A stretch of DNA of 64,000 nucleotides from contig CALYBN010000020.1 of NCBI GenBank assembly GCA_944414825.1, positions 9,277 to 73,276 of the forward strand. Direction: 5' to 3'. Positions 18,047-33,122 of the stretch are shown here, one piece after another. Made by a program: the position numbers and the translations under genes. The notes beneath the pieces are model-generated. The model ran no database searches, was not told the DNA's origin, and was given only the letters and a program-made list of their open reading frames with translations. Origin of the DNA: an uncultured Rikenellaceae bacterium (lineage in GTDB: Bacteria > Bacteroidota > Bacteroidia > Bacteroidales > Rikenellaceae). Numbering within the stretch: position 1 is the first letter of the stretch; every line of letters begins with the position of its first letter.

Positions 18047-18571
18047 ATGACAAGGGAAGAGAAAACAACTATTATCAATAGCTTAGCCGAGCAACTCAAG
18101 GTATATCCCCATTTTTATATCACCGATATTTCGGAACTGAACGCAGAACAGACCGCTAAACTCCGTCGCATGTGCTTCGAGAAGGAAGTGAGCCTGGTGA
18201 TGGTGAAGAATACGCTGTTCGAGAAGGCGTTGGAGAAGAACGGTGAGGCGGATGCCCAGTTGGCCGACGTGTTGAAAGGATCTTCGTCAATCATGTTCTC
18301 GCATACGGGCAAGACCCCTGCGGTGCTGATCAAGGAGTTTCGGAAGAACAGCCCGAAACCCATCTTGAAAGCAGCTTACGTGGAGGAGTGCGTCTATGTA
18401 GGCGACGAGATGTTGGAGAGCCTGTCTAATATCAAAAGCAAAGAGGAACTTATCGGCGATGTTATCTCGTTGCTTCAGTCTCCGGCCAAGAACGTTATTT
18501 CGGCTTTGCAGGGAGCTGCAGGACAGAAGATTGCAGGCGTCGTAAAAGCACTCGAAGAGCGGGGCGCATAG
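18047..18571 (+). CDS. rplJ: 50S ribosomal protein L10
   Basis: 174 aa, between rplA and rplL, with an L10-like sequence. Confidence 0.95.
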   Translation: MTREEKTTIINSLAEQLKVYPHFYITDISELNAEQTAKLRRMCFEKEVSLVMVKNTLFEKALEKNGEADAQLADVLKGSSSIMFSHTGKTPAVLIKEFRKNSPKPILKAAYVEECVYVGDEMLESLSNIKSKEELIGDVISLLQSPAKNVISALQGAAGQKIAGVVKALEERGA

Positions 18572-18685
18572 TCTTGTTTCCGGGGGCCGCGTTTTATGGA
18601 TCCCCGAGAGGAAAGAGGCGGAATGATCCCCACAACAAACCAAACAAACCCATTTTTTGTAAAACATTTAAAAAAACCTATAACA

Positions 18686-19063
18686 ATGGCAGATGTAAAA
18701 AAATTAGCTGAGGAGTTGGTAAACTTGACGGTTAAAGAAGTAAGCGAATTGGCTAACATCCTGAAAGAAGAGTATGGTATCGAACCCGCAGCCGCTGCAG
18801 TTGCAGTTGCCGCAGCTCCCGCAGCCGGTGGTGCAGCCGCTGCTGAGGAGAAGACCTCGTTCGACGTGATCCTGAAAGCTGCCGGCCAGGCAAAACTTCA
18901 GGTAGTGAAAGTCGTTAAGGATATCACCGGCCTGGGATTGAAAGAGGCTAAGGATATCGTTGACGGAGCTCCCAAAGCTGTGAAAGAAGGCGTAGCTAAA
19001 GAAGAGGCTGAATCGATCAAAGCTCAACTCGAAGAAGCAGGCGCTGAAGTTGAAGTTAAGTAG
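18686..19063 (+). CDS. rplL: 50S ribosomal protein L7/L12
   Basis: I moved the start to the ATG at 18686 ([22 protein letters not shown]). It has the Ala-rich hinge and the C-terminal domain [16 protein letters not shown]. Confidence 0.97.
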   Translation: MADVKKLAEELVNLTVKEVSELANILKEEYGIEPAAAAVAVAAAPAAGGAAAAEEKTSFDVILKAAGQAKLQVVKVVKDITGLGLKEAKDIVDGAPKAVKEGVAKEEAESIKAQLEEAGAEVEVK

Positions 19064-19093
19064 TAAATACTTATAATTCAAAGATACCAGGTG

Positions 19094-19127
19094 TAGAGCC
19101 TATGTATATAGGCTCTATGCCTTTTCT
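19094..19127 (+). terminator. Attenuator/terminator-like hairpin downstream of rplL
   Basis: Perfect 10-bp stem TAGAGCCTAT / ATAGGCTCTA with a 4-nt loop, followed by TGCCTTTTCTC. Confidence 0.55.
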
Positions 19128-19489
19128 CGTCTAACAGCGAGAGTGCCAGTTTCGGTCATGCAGGTTGTGTCGCATGGATGAGGTAGAGATACAATGCTGC
19201 ATGGGAGTCGAAGACGGTGAAGGGTAGTGCGGCAGGGTCGGAGTTGGGTCTGTCGGAGTGTGCCCAGAAGCCGGGATGGCAATTGTTCTTTAAGATGATC
19301 GCGGATGAATCCGGAGAAAGGTAGGGTATCGGAGCAGCAATGTTGTATACCCAACGGAGGATTCTGCATCACAGGGAGTAATCACCTACTTTCAACCGTG
19401 CGCCGGGAGACGGGCGCAGGGAGTGTTCCCGCCGTGAGGTCGTGGAATAGCTCTACCCAACCACTTCAACTATAATTCATTTGGATACG

Positions 19490-22400
19490 ATGTCCTCAAA
19501 TACGAATAATCAAAGAATCAGCTTCTCCACGGTAAAGAACCGGATGCCTTATCCCGATTTCCTGGAGGTACAGCTCAAATCATTTCAGGATTTCTTCCAA
19601 TTGGACACCACCGCAGAGAACCGCAAGAACGAGGGGCTCTACAAGGTTTTCATGGAGAATTTTCCGATCACGGACACCCGGAATAATTTCGTTCTGGAAT
19701 TTATCGACTACTATATTGACCCACCCCGTTACTCGATTGATGAGTGTTTGGAGCGAGGGTTGACGTATAGTGTGCCGTTGAAAGCAAAGTTAAAACTGTA
19801 CTGCACCGATTCCGAACACGAGGATTTCGACACCGTGGTGCAGGACGTGTACTTCGGGACGATTCCCTATATGACGCCGCGCGGGACGTTTGTAATCAAC
19901 GGAGCCGAGCGTGTGATCGTATCGCAGTTGCACCGCTCGCCGGGTGTATTCTTCGGCCAGAGCATGCACACGAACGGCACGAAACTCTATTCGGGCCGTA
20001 TCATTCCCTTCAAAGGATCCTGGATCGAGTTTGCGACGGACATCAACAATGTGATGTACGCTTACATCGACCGTAAAAAGAAATTACCGGTAACCACCCT
20101 GTTGCGTGCGATCGGTTTCGAGAGCGACAGCCAGATTCTGGAGATCTTCGATCTGGCCGACGAGGTGAAGGTTTCGAAGTCTACGCTGAACAAGGCCGTG
20201 GGCCGTAAGTTGGCAGCCCGTGTTTTGAAGACATGGGTGGAGGACTTTGTGGACGAGGATACCGGCGAGGTGGTTTCCATCGAGCGAAACGAGGTCATCA
20301 TTGACCGTGAGACGGTGCTCGAGAAGGAACATATCGACGAAATCATCGAAAGCGGTGCCAAGAGCATTCTGCTGCATAAGGAGAATCAGAACGGTACCGA
20401 CTTCTCTATTGTATATAATACGTTGCAGAAAGACCCCTGCAACTCCGAGAAAGAGGCTGTGGTGTATATCTACCGTCAGTTGCGTAACTCCGAGCCACCC
20501 GATGAGGCTACGGCTCGTGATGTGATCGACAAGTTGTTCTTCTCGGACAAACGGTATGACTTGGGCGATGTAGGTCGTTTCCGGATCAACAAGAAGCTGG
20601 GGCTGGATATCGACCCTGCGACGCGCATTCTGACCAAGGAGGATGTGATCGCCATTATCAAGTATCTGATCCAGTTGATCAACTCGAAGGCCGACGTGGA
20701 CGATATCGACCACTTGAGCAACCGTCGTGTACGCACGGTGGGCGAGCAGTTGGCCAACCAGTTCAGTGTAGGGTTCGTGCGTATGGCACGTACGATCCGC
20801 GAGCGGATGAACGTGCGTGACAACGAGGTGTTTACGCCGGTGGATCTGATCAACGCCAAGACATTGTCGAGCGTGATCAACTCGTTCTTCGGCACCAACC
20901 AGTTGTCGCAGTTCATGGATCAGACCAACCCGCTGGCGGAGATGACGCACAAACGTCGTCTGTCGGCCCTGGGACCTGGCGGTCTGTCGCGTGAGCGCGC
21001 CGGATTCGAGGTGCGAGACGTACACTATACGCACTATGGCCGTCTCTGCCCGATTGAAACGCCGGAAGGTCCGAATATCGGTCTGATCTCGTCGCTGTGC
21101 GTGTATGCGAAGATCAGTGACATGGGATTTATCGAAACGCCGTATCGTCCCGTGAAGGATGGTAAGGTGGATCTGGACAACAGTCATATTGTCTACCTCA
21201 GTGCAGAGGAGGAAGAGGGTCATGTGATCGCACAGGCCAACGTGCCCATTGACGACAAGGGGAACTTCCTCAATCCGGACCGGATCAAGGCGCGTGCCGA
21301 GGCCGACTTCCCGACCGCAACGGCGGATGAGGTAAGTTATATGGACGTGGCTCCGAACCAGATTGCGTCGATTGCCGCCAGTCTGATCCCCTTCCTGGAG
21401 CATGATGATGCCAACCGTGCTCTGATGGGATCGAACATGATGCGTCAGGCCGTGCCGTTGATCACGTGCGAGGCCCCGATCGTGGGGACCGGCCTGGAGA
21501 AGGATATGATCGGTGACAGCCGCATCCAGATCGTAGCCGAGAAGGATGGCGAGTGTGTGTTTGCCGATGCCAGTGAGATCCATATCAAATATGAACGTAC
21601 GCCCGATGAGGCCCTGGTTAGCTTCGATCCGGAGGTGACGGTCTACAAACTGCCGCGTTACCGCAAGACCAACCAGAATACTTCGATCACCCTCAAGCCG
21701 ATCGTTATGGCAGGGGAGAAGGTAACCAAGGGTCAGATCCTGACCGAAGGGTATTCGACCCAGAACGGCGAGTTGGCCATCGGTCGGAACCTGAAGGTGG
21801 CCTTCATGCCCTGGAAAGGGTACAACTTCGAGGATGCTATCGTGATCTCGGAGCGTATTGTGCGGGAGGATATCTTTACGTCGGTTCATGTCGACGAGTA
21901 CATCATGGAGGTGCGCGACACCAAACGCGGTGTGGAGGAGTTGACGGCCGATATTCCGAACGTGAGCGAGGATGCAACCAAAGACCTGGACGAGAACGGT
22001 ATCATCCGTATCGGCGCCAATGTCAAACCGGGCGACATCCTGATCGGAAAGATCACGCCTAAGGGCGAGAGCGATCCGTCGCCTGAGGAGAAACTGTTGC
22101 GCGCCATCTTCGGTGACAAGGCCGGTGATGTGAAGGATGCTTCGCTCAAGGCACAGCCGTCGCTCTATGGTGTGATTATCAACCGCGATCTGTTCTCGCG
22201 TGCCAACAAGGATTCCAAGAAAGGAAAACAGGCTGAAAAGGCACAACTCGACAAGTTGGACGAGGAGTTTGCCAAGGAGACCGGTGACTTGAAGAACCTG
22301 CTTGTGCAGAAATTGTGGACGGTTCTCAAGGACAAGACGACAACGGGTATCAGCGACTACTTCGGCGCAGAATTGTATGCCAAGGGGACGAAGTTCAGCC

Positions 22401-23308
22401 AGAAGATGCTGGGTGAGATTGACTACATGAATCTCAGCACCGAGAAATGGACGGATGACGACCATCTGAACTACCTGATCGAGCAGGCTGTTAACAATTA
22501 TACGATCAAGTGGAAAGAGTGTGATGCCCGCATCAAGCGTGAGAAGTACAATATCACCAATGGTGACGAGCTCCCGGCCGGTATCATCCAATTGGCCAAG
22601 GTCTATATCGCCAAGAAGCGTAAGCTGAAGGTGGGAGACAAGATGGCCGGTCGTCACGGTAACAAGGGTATCGTGGCTAAGATCGTGCGTGACGAGGATA
22701 TGCCGTTCCTGGAAGATGGCTCGATTGTGGATATCGTGCTGAACCCGCTGGGTGTGCCTTCGCGTATGAACTTGGGCCAGATTTATGAGACGGTGCTCGG
22801 TTGGGCCGGTAAGGAGTTGGGACTGAAGTTTGCGACCCCGATCTTTGACGGCGCTTCGCTCGAGGAGATCAATGAGTACACGGCCAAGGCAGGAGTTCCG
22901 CGCAGCGGACGTACCTATCTGTATGACGGGGGTACGGGCGAGAAGTTCCACCAGCCGGCTACGGTGGGTGTGATCTACATGCTGAAGCTGGGTCACATGA
23001 TCGACGACAAGATGCATGCCCGTTCGATAGGTCCCTATTCGCTCATCACGCAACAGCCGCTGGGTGGTAAGGCTCAGTTCGGAGGTCAGCGTTTCGGAGA
23101 GATGGAGGTTTGGGCTCTGGAAGCATTCGGAGCCTCGAACATTCTGCAGGAGATCCTGACCATCAAGTCGGACGATGTGATGGGCCGTGCCAAAGCCTAC
23201 GAAGCGATCGTCAAAGGCGACAACCTGCCGCCTGCGGGGATTCCGGAATCGCTCAACGTGTTGCTGCATGAGTTGCGGGGTCTGGCACTGAGCGTGAAGC
23301 TGGAATAG
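19490..23308 (+). CDS. rpoB: DNA-directed RNA polymerase subunit beta
   Basis: About 1272 aa with conserved RpoB blocks ([43 protein letters not shown]). The start is placed at the first ATG (19490) rather than the TTG at 19481. Confidence 0.99.
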   Translation: MSSNTNNQRISFSTVKNRMPYPDFLEVQLKSFQDFFQLDTTAENRKNEGLYKVFMENFPITDTRNNFVLEFIDYYIDPPRYSIDECLERGLTYSVPLKAKLKLYCTDSEHEDFDTVVQDVYFGTIPYMTPRGTFVINGAERVIVSQLHRSPGVFFGQSMHTNGTKLYSGRIIPFKGSWIEFATDINNVMYAYIDRKKKLPVTTLLRAIGFESDSQILEIFDLADEVKVSKSTLNKAVGRKLAARVLKTWVEDFVDEDTGEVVSIERNEVIIDRETVLEKEHIDEIIESGAKSILLHKENQNGTDFSIVYNTLQKDPCNSEKEAVVYIYRQLRNSEPPDEATARDVIDKLFFSDKRYDLGDVGRFRINKKLGLDIDPATRILTKEDVIAIIKYLIQLINSKADVDDIDHLSNRRVRTVGEQLANQFSVGFVRMARTIRERMNVRDNEVFTPVDLINAKTLSSVINSFFGTNQLSQFMDQTNPLAEMTHKRRLSALGPGGLSRERAGFEVRDVHYTHYGRLCPIETPEGPNIGLISSLCVYAKISDMGFIETPYRPVKDGKVDLDNSHIVYLSAEEEEGHVIAQANVPIDDKGNFLNPDRIKARAEADFPTATADEVSYMDVAPNQIASIAASLIPFLEHDDANRALMGSNMMRQAVPLITCEAPIVGTGLEKDMIGDSRIQIVAEKDGECVFADASEIHIKYERTPDEALVSFDPEVTVYKLPRYRKTNQNTSITLKPIVMAGEKVTKGQILTEGYSTQNGELAIGRNLKVAFMPWKGYNFEDAIVISERIVREDIFTSVHVDEYIMEVRDTKRGVEELTADIPNVSEDATKDLDENGIIRIGANVKPGDILIGKITPKGESDPSPEEKLLRAIFGDKAGDVKDASLKAQPSLYGVIINRDLFSRANKDSKKGKQAEKAQLDKLDEEFAKETGDLKNLLVQKLWTVLKDKTTTGISDYFGAELYAKGTKFSQKMLGEIDYMNLSTEKWTDDDHLNYLIEQAVNNYTIKWKECDARIKREKYNITNGDELPAGIIQLAKVYIAKKRKLKVGDKMAGRHGNKGIVAKIVRDEDMPFLEDGSIVDIVLNPLGVPSRMNLGQIYETVLGWAGKELGLKFATPIFDGASLEEINEYTAKAGVPRSGRTYLYDGGTGEKFHQPATVGVIYMLKLGHMIDDKMHARSIGPYSLITQQPLGGKAQFGGQRFGEMEVWALEAFGASNILQEILTIKSDDVMGRAKAYEAIVKGDNLPPAGIPESLNVLLHELRGLALSVKLE

Positions 23309-23347
23309 GATGGGTTTAGTAAGATGATAAAATAATAAGGATAAGAT

Positions 23348-27604
<4,257 letters not shown>

Positions 27605-27626
27605 TACGTTTGGGCGAAGATAAGCT

Positions 27627-27668
27627 AAAAAGGAGGAGGGAACGAATCACGTTCCCTCCTCCTTTTTT
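27627..27668. terminator. Bidirectional terminator between rpoC and the convergent gene
   Basis: An A5 run, then a perfect 13-bp stem GGAGGAGGGAACG / CGTTCCCTCCTCC with a 5-nt loop, then a T6 run. Confidence 0.8.
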
Positions 27669-27720
27669 ATTGCGAGATAGCATCCCGACATTGTCTGGAA
27701 TTCTTATGCCTTGTAGTTTG

Positions 27721-30465
27721 CTATTCCTCTTTGCGTGTTGCGTGATTCCATCGTTGCAGCGTCGTACAGATCCGGCCATCGGAGGTCATCCCTTCCAGCG
27801 ATAGATCGTAAGGAGTCTGGTAATCCGCCGTATAGAAAGATACGTGTGCATGGCCGGTTGAGTCGGTCCGCACGACGGGCTCCCAGGCAATAGTGGATCG
27901 CATGTCCGGAGTTTGGTTGTTCAGGATCGAATCTATTTCGTATTTGGGTTGATAGAATGCCTTGGGCTGTTTGTATCCAATGTCCGAAAGTTTGGCAATA
28001 GAGGGTGATGGAGCGGATGAACGAGGAGTACTATCCCCGGTTTTTGTGCGGATGGCGATCACGCCACCGGCAGCTCCCAAGCCAAAAATCGCTGCCTCGG
28101 GGCCGGAAAATAGGGCGATGCCGTCGATGTCCTGCATAGGTATCATGTCCAATTCCTCGAGCGAGATAGGCATGTCGTCCAATATGATGGCCGGAGGATA
28201 TTGGCTGCCCCGGATCGAGATGGAGCCTGAATTGGATGCTCTCACGCCCGGCAGCATAGATATGGCTGTGTAAATATTCGAATGGTTATACCGTTCGAGA
28301 GCTTCACCTTCGAGGGTGCGTGTTGGTGTGACCCCGTAAGAGGTGTACTGTTTAGCTTCAACGGGGGCTTTCACTACGACGCTTTCGATATTGAAGACTC
28401 GCATGCCGCCCTCATAATAATAGCGCATTTTCGATCGGTCGATGAATGTTTCGGGAGTTGTTGATGCCAGATCCTGCCAGTTTTTTCGGATGGGAATTCG
28501 CTGTGGTGCAGGAAAAGTGTCCCGATCGATCTCGATCTCGATACTGCCCGTCCCGCCCAGACGGTTGAGAGCCTGGATGATCAGGGTTGTACTGTCCTGT
28601 ATGTCAAGATTCGAGATGGTAAAGCGGTTTGTATCTCCCAGATCGGCCATGTCGAGTGCATGCGTCTTGGAGTTATAGATGATCAGTTTCGGCTTGCGGG
28701 CTGCTCCGCCGAAGAATCCTTTGACTTGGCCCGAGACGCTTTGGGTGGTCTCCGGCAAGTATTGACAGGGTCCGTAAGCGTCTTTCAAAACGGAGGATAT
28801 GTCGAATCGTGCCCAGCCCTGTGTCATCATCAGCAGATCGAGTTTGCTGTCTGTCAAATAATCGTCGTGGAGGAAATACCACCCAGGATCTTCGATATAG
28901 CCTTTTAAGTCGGAATCGAGCAACATCCAGCTTTGCAGGTTATTCCTCGTAGAATCTGGCTGGACGACCTGGCTGTCGGTCACCGAAAGGGCGAAATCGC
29001 CAGCCACTGGATTCCCTTCGGCATCGGTGACAAGAATATCCAAGTCGACCCGTTCTCGCTGGTCGTAGTTGGTTTTGTCCGGCGTGAAGGTGGCCTTTAG
29101 CGGTTCTGTGTCACGGAGGAAGACAAGGCGTTGGGCGACGATGGCTCGTGTCGGTTTGTCGACAATACAGATATGAGTGATTCCGGGATACAGTTCGCTT
29201 TTTGAGATAAACCGTACGGAGGAGCTCCCCGACAGTTCGTTAACGGCTACGATCCGTCCTCGCGAGTGGATCACTGCACAGAGCCGTTCCGGATCGATGC
29301 CTATGGGGGTAGTCTGATAGAACAACTGTTTGGCATTTTGTGTGACACGAAGCCGACATCCCACCTCTTCCGTTTCGGGAAGGTCTACCTGGCGCGTGAC
29401 GCCTTGGGCCGAGGTCACTTGGGCATAATAATGGACCCCGGGCTCTACCGTGAAACCGATCTGCCCCATTCCCTTGTGGATCGACTCGAAATCGCATACC
29501 GGCTGGTCATTCCCGAAGATGGTCCCTTTCACCTCGACTCCCCGCCCATTGGTGCCGATGGCCTTGAAGGCGATGGACTGTACCTCTCCTGCCAGCAGGG
29601 CTCCTCCCTCTGGGAAAAACTGTATGTCGAACTCCGGCGAAAAGCAGGGCATGGTCAGCATTTGCCGGAATCGGGTGGTTTCGTCGTCGATCCGCAGTTC
29701 GACGCTATTGCCCAGCGAGTCCGGGGCCGGTGTGAAATTAAGGGCTACGCAGCCGTTGTCGTCAGTTGTAGCGGTGGCTTTCCGTCGCCTGGCGCCGGTA
29801 TATAACGTATATTGAACTTTCTTGCCTACCAGAGGTTGCTGGATGCTGTTGCGGAAGCTAATGTTCATTGTCACCGTCTTATCGTCGTTCAGCAGATAGG
29901 AGGGTGTGGTAGTGACGGCATCGTCCAGTGGGTTTTCGATCCGGATCGGGCAGCTGAAGAAAAAGTCGTTTCCTTCGTTGCGCATCCAACGAGTGTAGGC
30001 TCGCAGGGTATAGTCGCCAGCCGGCAGTGTGGGCGGCAGTTCCAGACAGTTGTGAAAGGCTCCCGAGTCGTCCCGGATGCGGGCCCGGCATATCAGTGAA
30101 TCGCGATCATTGATCAGTTCGGCGTAGATGAACCGTGAGTAGAGGGCCGGTGTATGGGTTGAGGCGTTGACCAGCCAGCCGCGGAACCAGAGTTTCTCCC
30201 CTGCCGAATAGTAGGGCTTGTCGGTCTTTAGATAGAGCTTTTCCTGAATGCCTCGTTCGTAGAAATGGATAAAACTGGTCAGGGACTGTTGGCTGAAACT
30301 CTGCGTCGAATCGGCTGTCAGTGCAGCAGGTGTTGAGGCTTGCTCGGTGGTTTGATTTGATATTTTTTGTGCTTTTCGGGGTGACTTGGCTGAGGCGAAG
30401 AGTGCTGTCATGCTGAGACAAAGCCCAGACAGGAGAATTGTCTTGCGGATCAAAGTGAAGGACAT
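27721..30465 (-). CDS. Secreted MG2-like/Ig-like repeat protein with a C-terminal TonB-dependent-receptor plug domain and no barrel
   Basis: Signal peptide MSFTLIRKTILLSGLCLSMTALFASA. An N-terminal KLYLKTDKPYYSAGEKLWFRGWL segment resembles the alpha-2-macroglobulin MG2 fold. The C-terminal LPGVRASNSGSISIRGSQYPPAIILDDMPI...GGVIAIRTK resembles a plug domain. The ORF ends about 90 aa later, so it has no beta-barrel. Confidence 0.7.
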   Translation of the reverse strand: MSFTLIRKTILLSGLCLSMTALFASAKSPRKAQKISNQTTEQASTPAALTADSTQSFSQQSLTSFIHFYERGIQEKLYLKTDKPYYSAGEKLWFRGWLVNASTHTPALYSRFIYAELINDRDSLICRARIRDDSGAFHNCLELPPTLPAGDYTLRAYTRWMRNEGNDFFFSCPIRIENPLDDAVTTTPSYLLNDDKTVTMNISFRNSIQQPLVGKKVQYTLYTGARRRKATATTDDNGCVALNFTPAPDSLGNSVELRIDDETTRFRQMLTMPCFSPEFDIQFFPEGGALLAGEVQSIAFKAIGTNGRGVEVKGTIFGNDQPVCDFESIHKGMGQIGFTVEPGVHYYAQVTSAQGVTRQVDLPETEEVGCRLRVTQNAKQLFYQTTPIGIDPERLCAVIHSRGRIVAVNELSGSSSVRFISKSELYPGITHICIVDKPTRAIVAQRLVFLRDTEPLKATFTPDKTNYDQRERVDLDILVTDAEGNPVAGDFALSVTDSQVVQPDSTRNNLQSWMLLDSDLKGYIEDPGWYFLHDDYLTDSKLDLLMMTQGWARFDISSVLKDAYGPCQYLPETTQSVSGQVKGFFGGAARKPKLIIYNSKTHALDMADLGDTNRFTISNLDIQDSTTLIIQALNRLGGTGSIEIEIDRDTFPAPQRIPIRKNWQDLASTTPETFIDRSKMRYYYEGGMRVFNIESVVVKAPVEAKQYTSYGVTPTRTLEGEALERYNHSNIYTAISMLPGVRASNSGSISIRGSQYPPAIILDDMPISLEELDMIPMQDIDGIALFSGPEAAIFGLGAAGGVIAIRTKTGDSTPRSSAPSPSIAKLSDIGYKQPKAFYQPKYEIDSILNNQTPDMRSTIAWEPVVRTDSTGHAHVSFYTADYQTPYDLSLEGMTSDGRICTTLQRWNHATRKEE

Positions 30466-30565
30466 AGTTTAGGCTCATTAAGTTATCGGCAAGTTACGAT
30501 AATATTCCCGCGCGAGCAATAGTTTCGCCGAGGAAAGATGTTAAATTTTCCACAGATTCTGATTT

Positions 30566-31879
30566 TTACTTTTTGGGGAGTATCGGTTCGATGTCGGGAT
30601 GCAGCGCAGCATCTCCGGCTACGACCGTTGTGAAATCTTCCGGTGCAAGATAGCGGTCGGCTACCTCCCGGATTCGTTCAGGAGTGATGTCGCGTACTTC
30701 GTGCAGAAAACGGTCGAGATAGCCGTTGTCCGTTCCGTTCTGGATATTCTCGATTGTCACGTCTGCAATCCCGAAGGGCCCGTCCAGGATGCGCATCACT
30801 TCGCCCAGCAGAATGTTCCGCACCATGCGGAGCTCCGATTCCGGGACCGGGTCTCTGCGCAAACGCTCTATTTCGGTGAAGATCTGCCGTAAGGCATCGG
30901 CTGTTGCTCCGGCAGCCACTTCGGTGGCAATAGCCAGATAGCCGGTCTCCTGGAGGTTGACCATCGTGGCGAAGGCTCCATAGGTGTATCCGTGCTGCTC
31001 TCGCAGGTTCTGCACCAGCCTCGATCCGAAATAACCACCCAGGACGGTGGCCGCCACCTGCATGGCGATGAAATCGGGATGCGGACGCGGAAAGAGCACC
31101 CGTCCCATGCGGATGGCCGACTGTACGGCATCCGGGTAGGGGCCGAAGGCGAAGCGCTCCGCTGTCGGGGGCGGTAATTGGGGAAGTGAATTGTCGCCAC
31201 CCTGCGGGATGTCGGCCGCCAGCGCTGCGATCAGACCCTCCTCGACCGGGCCGACGTGCCCGCTGCAGACCACGAAGCAGTTCGGTGCTGTGTAGTGACG
31301 TTGGTAGAATGCGATGATGTCGCTCCGAGTCAGCGTGTCGTAACGCTCCTCAGGATGGACGACCCCGTAGGGATGCGTGGCTCCGAACAGGTGTTGAGAG
31401 AAGAGTTCTCGAGCCTGTACCGATATTTTACTGCGTTCCACAGCCAGGCGTTGTTTGCGTTTGGTGCAGTAGGTCGTTACCTCCTCCTGTGGGAAAGACG
31501 GGTGGAGTAGGATCTCGCGGGCCAGTTCCAGGGTCTGGGGCAGAAATTTCGACAGGGCGCAGAAGGTCACCACGGCGTAGTCCCGGTCCAGCGAGACGTC
31601 GTAATAGGAGCCGTAGAAATCGAGTTGTTCGGCGATCTGCTGCGACGTGAAGTGTTCGGCCCCTTCGCTCAGCAGATTGGCGGTCGCCGACGCAGAGAAG
31701 GGTACCTCCTGCAGGGACGACCCGGCGCGGAACACGAAACTGATCCGTACTACCTCGCGTTCGGTGCAATCGATCACGTGGAGCTGCACGCCATTGGGCA
31801 GCGTGTGACTGACGGACCGGGGTACGTCGATGCGTTGCGGAATGACAATCGAGGGGCGGCGGGGGCTATGCTTGATCAT
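30566..31879 (-). CDS. M16-family (pitrilysin-like) peptidase, probable non-catalytic partner subunit
   Basis: 437 aa with M16 architecture but no HxxEH motif. It overlaps the upstream M16 gene by 14 nt. Confidence 0.8.
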   Translation of the reverse strand: MIKHSPRRPSIVIPQRIDVPRSVSHTLPNGVQLHVIDCTEREVVRISFVFRAGSSLQEVPFSASATANLLSEGAEHFTSQQIAEQLDFYGSYYDVSLDRDYAVVTFCALSKFLPQTLELAREILLHPSFPQEEVTTYCTKRKQRLAVERSKISVQARELFSQHLFGATHPYGVVHPEERYDTLTRSDIIAFYQRHYTAPNCFVVCSGHVGPVEEGLIAALAADIPQGGDNSLPQLPPPTAERFAFGPYPDAVQSAIRMGRVLFPRPHPDFIAMQVAATVLGGYFGSRLVQNLREQHGYTYGAFATMVNLQETGYLAIATEVAAGATADALRQIFTEIERLRRDPVPESELRMVRNILLGEVMRILDGPFGIADVTIENIQNGTDNGYLDRFLHEVRDITPERIREVADRYLAPEDFTTVVAGDAALHPDIEPILPKK

Positions 31880-33122
31880 GGTCTGCGAGATAAATCAGGG
31901 TGGAACTGTGGTCGGGTAGGAAGATGCGGCGGGAGGCTTCGGCCACCTCCTCGGCCGTGATCGAACGGAAAATCGCTACTTCGCCGTTGAGCAGTGACTG
32001 GTCACCCAGCATTTCGTAGAACCCGAGGTTCATGGCCTTGTTCATGACGTTTAGTTCGCCGAAAAGCGTCTCGGCCTCGAACTTGTTTTTCACCTTCTCC
32101 AGTTCGTAGGCTGTGACGGGCGTGCGTTTCAGTGCCTCGAACTCCTGCCAGAGCGCCTCTTCACCTTGTGCGGGAGTGATCCCGGGCAGCAGTTGTCCCG
32201 TGGCGATGAACAGCCCCGGGTCGATGTCGCCCGTGATGTAGGCGTTGACGCTCGAGAAGAGTTTCTGCTCCTGCACCAGATGGCGATAGAGGCGGGCCGA
32301 AGTCCCGCCGGCCAGCAGGTCGGAGATCAGGTCGCAGAGGTAGAAATCGCGGCTTGTGCGGCCGCCCATCCTGAAGGCGATCGTCACCGAATCGGCCGGG
32401 ACGCGACGCCGGACCTCTTCCCGACGTGGAGCGGTTTGTCGTGGTTCGAACGGGATGGCGTTGGCGGTTGTAAGTTCCGAGGTCGTGTTCTCGATTCCGC
32501 CGAACCACTTCTCGGCCAGTTCGAACACCCGTTCCGGTGCGATGTCGCCCGCCACGGAGAGAATGGCGTTCGATGGAGTGTAATAGCGGTGATAGAATGC
32601 CATCACCTCCTCGTGGGTTGCCAGAGCGATGTGCTCCGGGGTAAGCCCGATCGTGGCCCACCGATAGGGGTGGACCCGGTAGGCGAGGGCCCGCAGCAGC
32701 ATCCACTGGTCACCGTAGGGCTGGTTCAGATAGCGCTGGTTGAACTCCTCGATCACCACCTTCTTCTCGGTCTCGAGAGCTGTCGGTGTGATGTGCAGAC
32801 CGGTCATGCGGTCCGACTCGAGCCAGAGGGCCGTCTCGACGTTATCCTTGGGGAGTGTGATGTAGTAGTCTGTGTAGTCGTTGGTGGTGAAGGCATTGTT
32901 TTCGCCGCAGGCCTGCTGGACGGGAATGTCGAAATCGGGTACGCGGCGTGTTCCGCGGAACATGAGGTGTTCGAACAGGTGTGCAAACCCCGTCCGTGAG
33001 GGATTCTCGTTGCGCGAGCCCACCCGGTAGAGCAGGTTGACGGCTGCCATGCGCGTGGTCGGATCGCGGTGAGCCAGCACCGTGAGTCCGTTCGAGAGCG
33101 TATGTTGTTGGTATTCGATCAT
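31866..33122 (-). CDS. M16-family zinc peptidase, catalytic subunit
   Basis: 418 aa containing GFAHLFEHLMFRG (inverted zinc motif HxxEH). Confidence 0.85.
   Translation of the reverse strand: MIEYQQHTLSNGLTVLAHRDPTTRMAAVNLLYRVGSRNENPSRTGFAHLFEHLMFRGTRRVPDFDIPVQQACGENNAFTTNDYTDYYITLPKDNVETALWLESDRMTGLHITPTALETEKKVVIEEFNQRYLNQPYGDQWMLLRALAYRVHPYRWATIGLTPEHIALATHEEVMAFYHRYYTPSNAILSVAGDIAPERVFELAEKWFGGIENTTSELTTANAIPFEPRQTAPRREEVRRRVPADSVTIAFRMGGRTSRDFYLCDLISDLLAGGTSARLYRHLVQEQKLFSSVNAYITGDIDPGLFIATGQLLPGITPAQGEEALWQEFEALKRTPVTAYELEKVKNKFEAETLFGELNVMNKAMNLGFYEMLGDQSLLNGEVAIFRSITAEEVAEASRRIFLPDHSSTLIYLADHDQA

Noticed and set aside
19115-19372. 85-aa minus-strand ORF within the rplL-rpoB spacer.
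   Set aside because: It would run opposite to the whole superoperon. It has no promoter box, and its composition is odd, rich in Cys, Arg, Leu and Pro. It is more likely non-coding leader sequence.
20084-23269. 1061-aa ORF antisense to rpoB. A similar one is 24002-27511 (1169 aa), antisense to rpoC.
   Set aside because: Both lie exactly opposite strongly conserved genes. Their translations are low-complexity and rich in R, H, L, G, Q and V, with no recognisable motifs. Long stop-free antisense frames are expected from the GC-rich third-codon bias of this genome.
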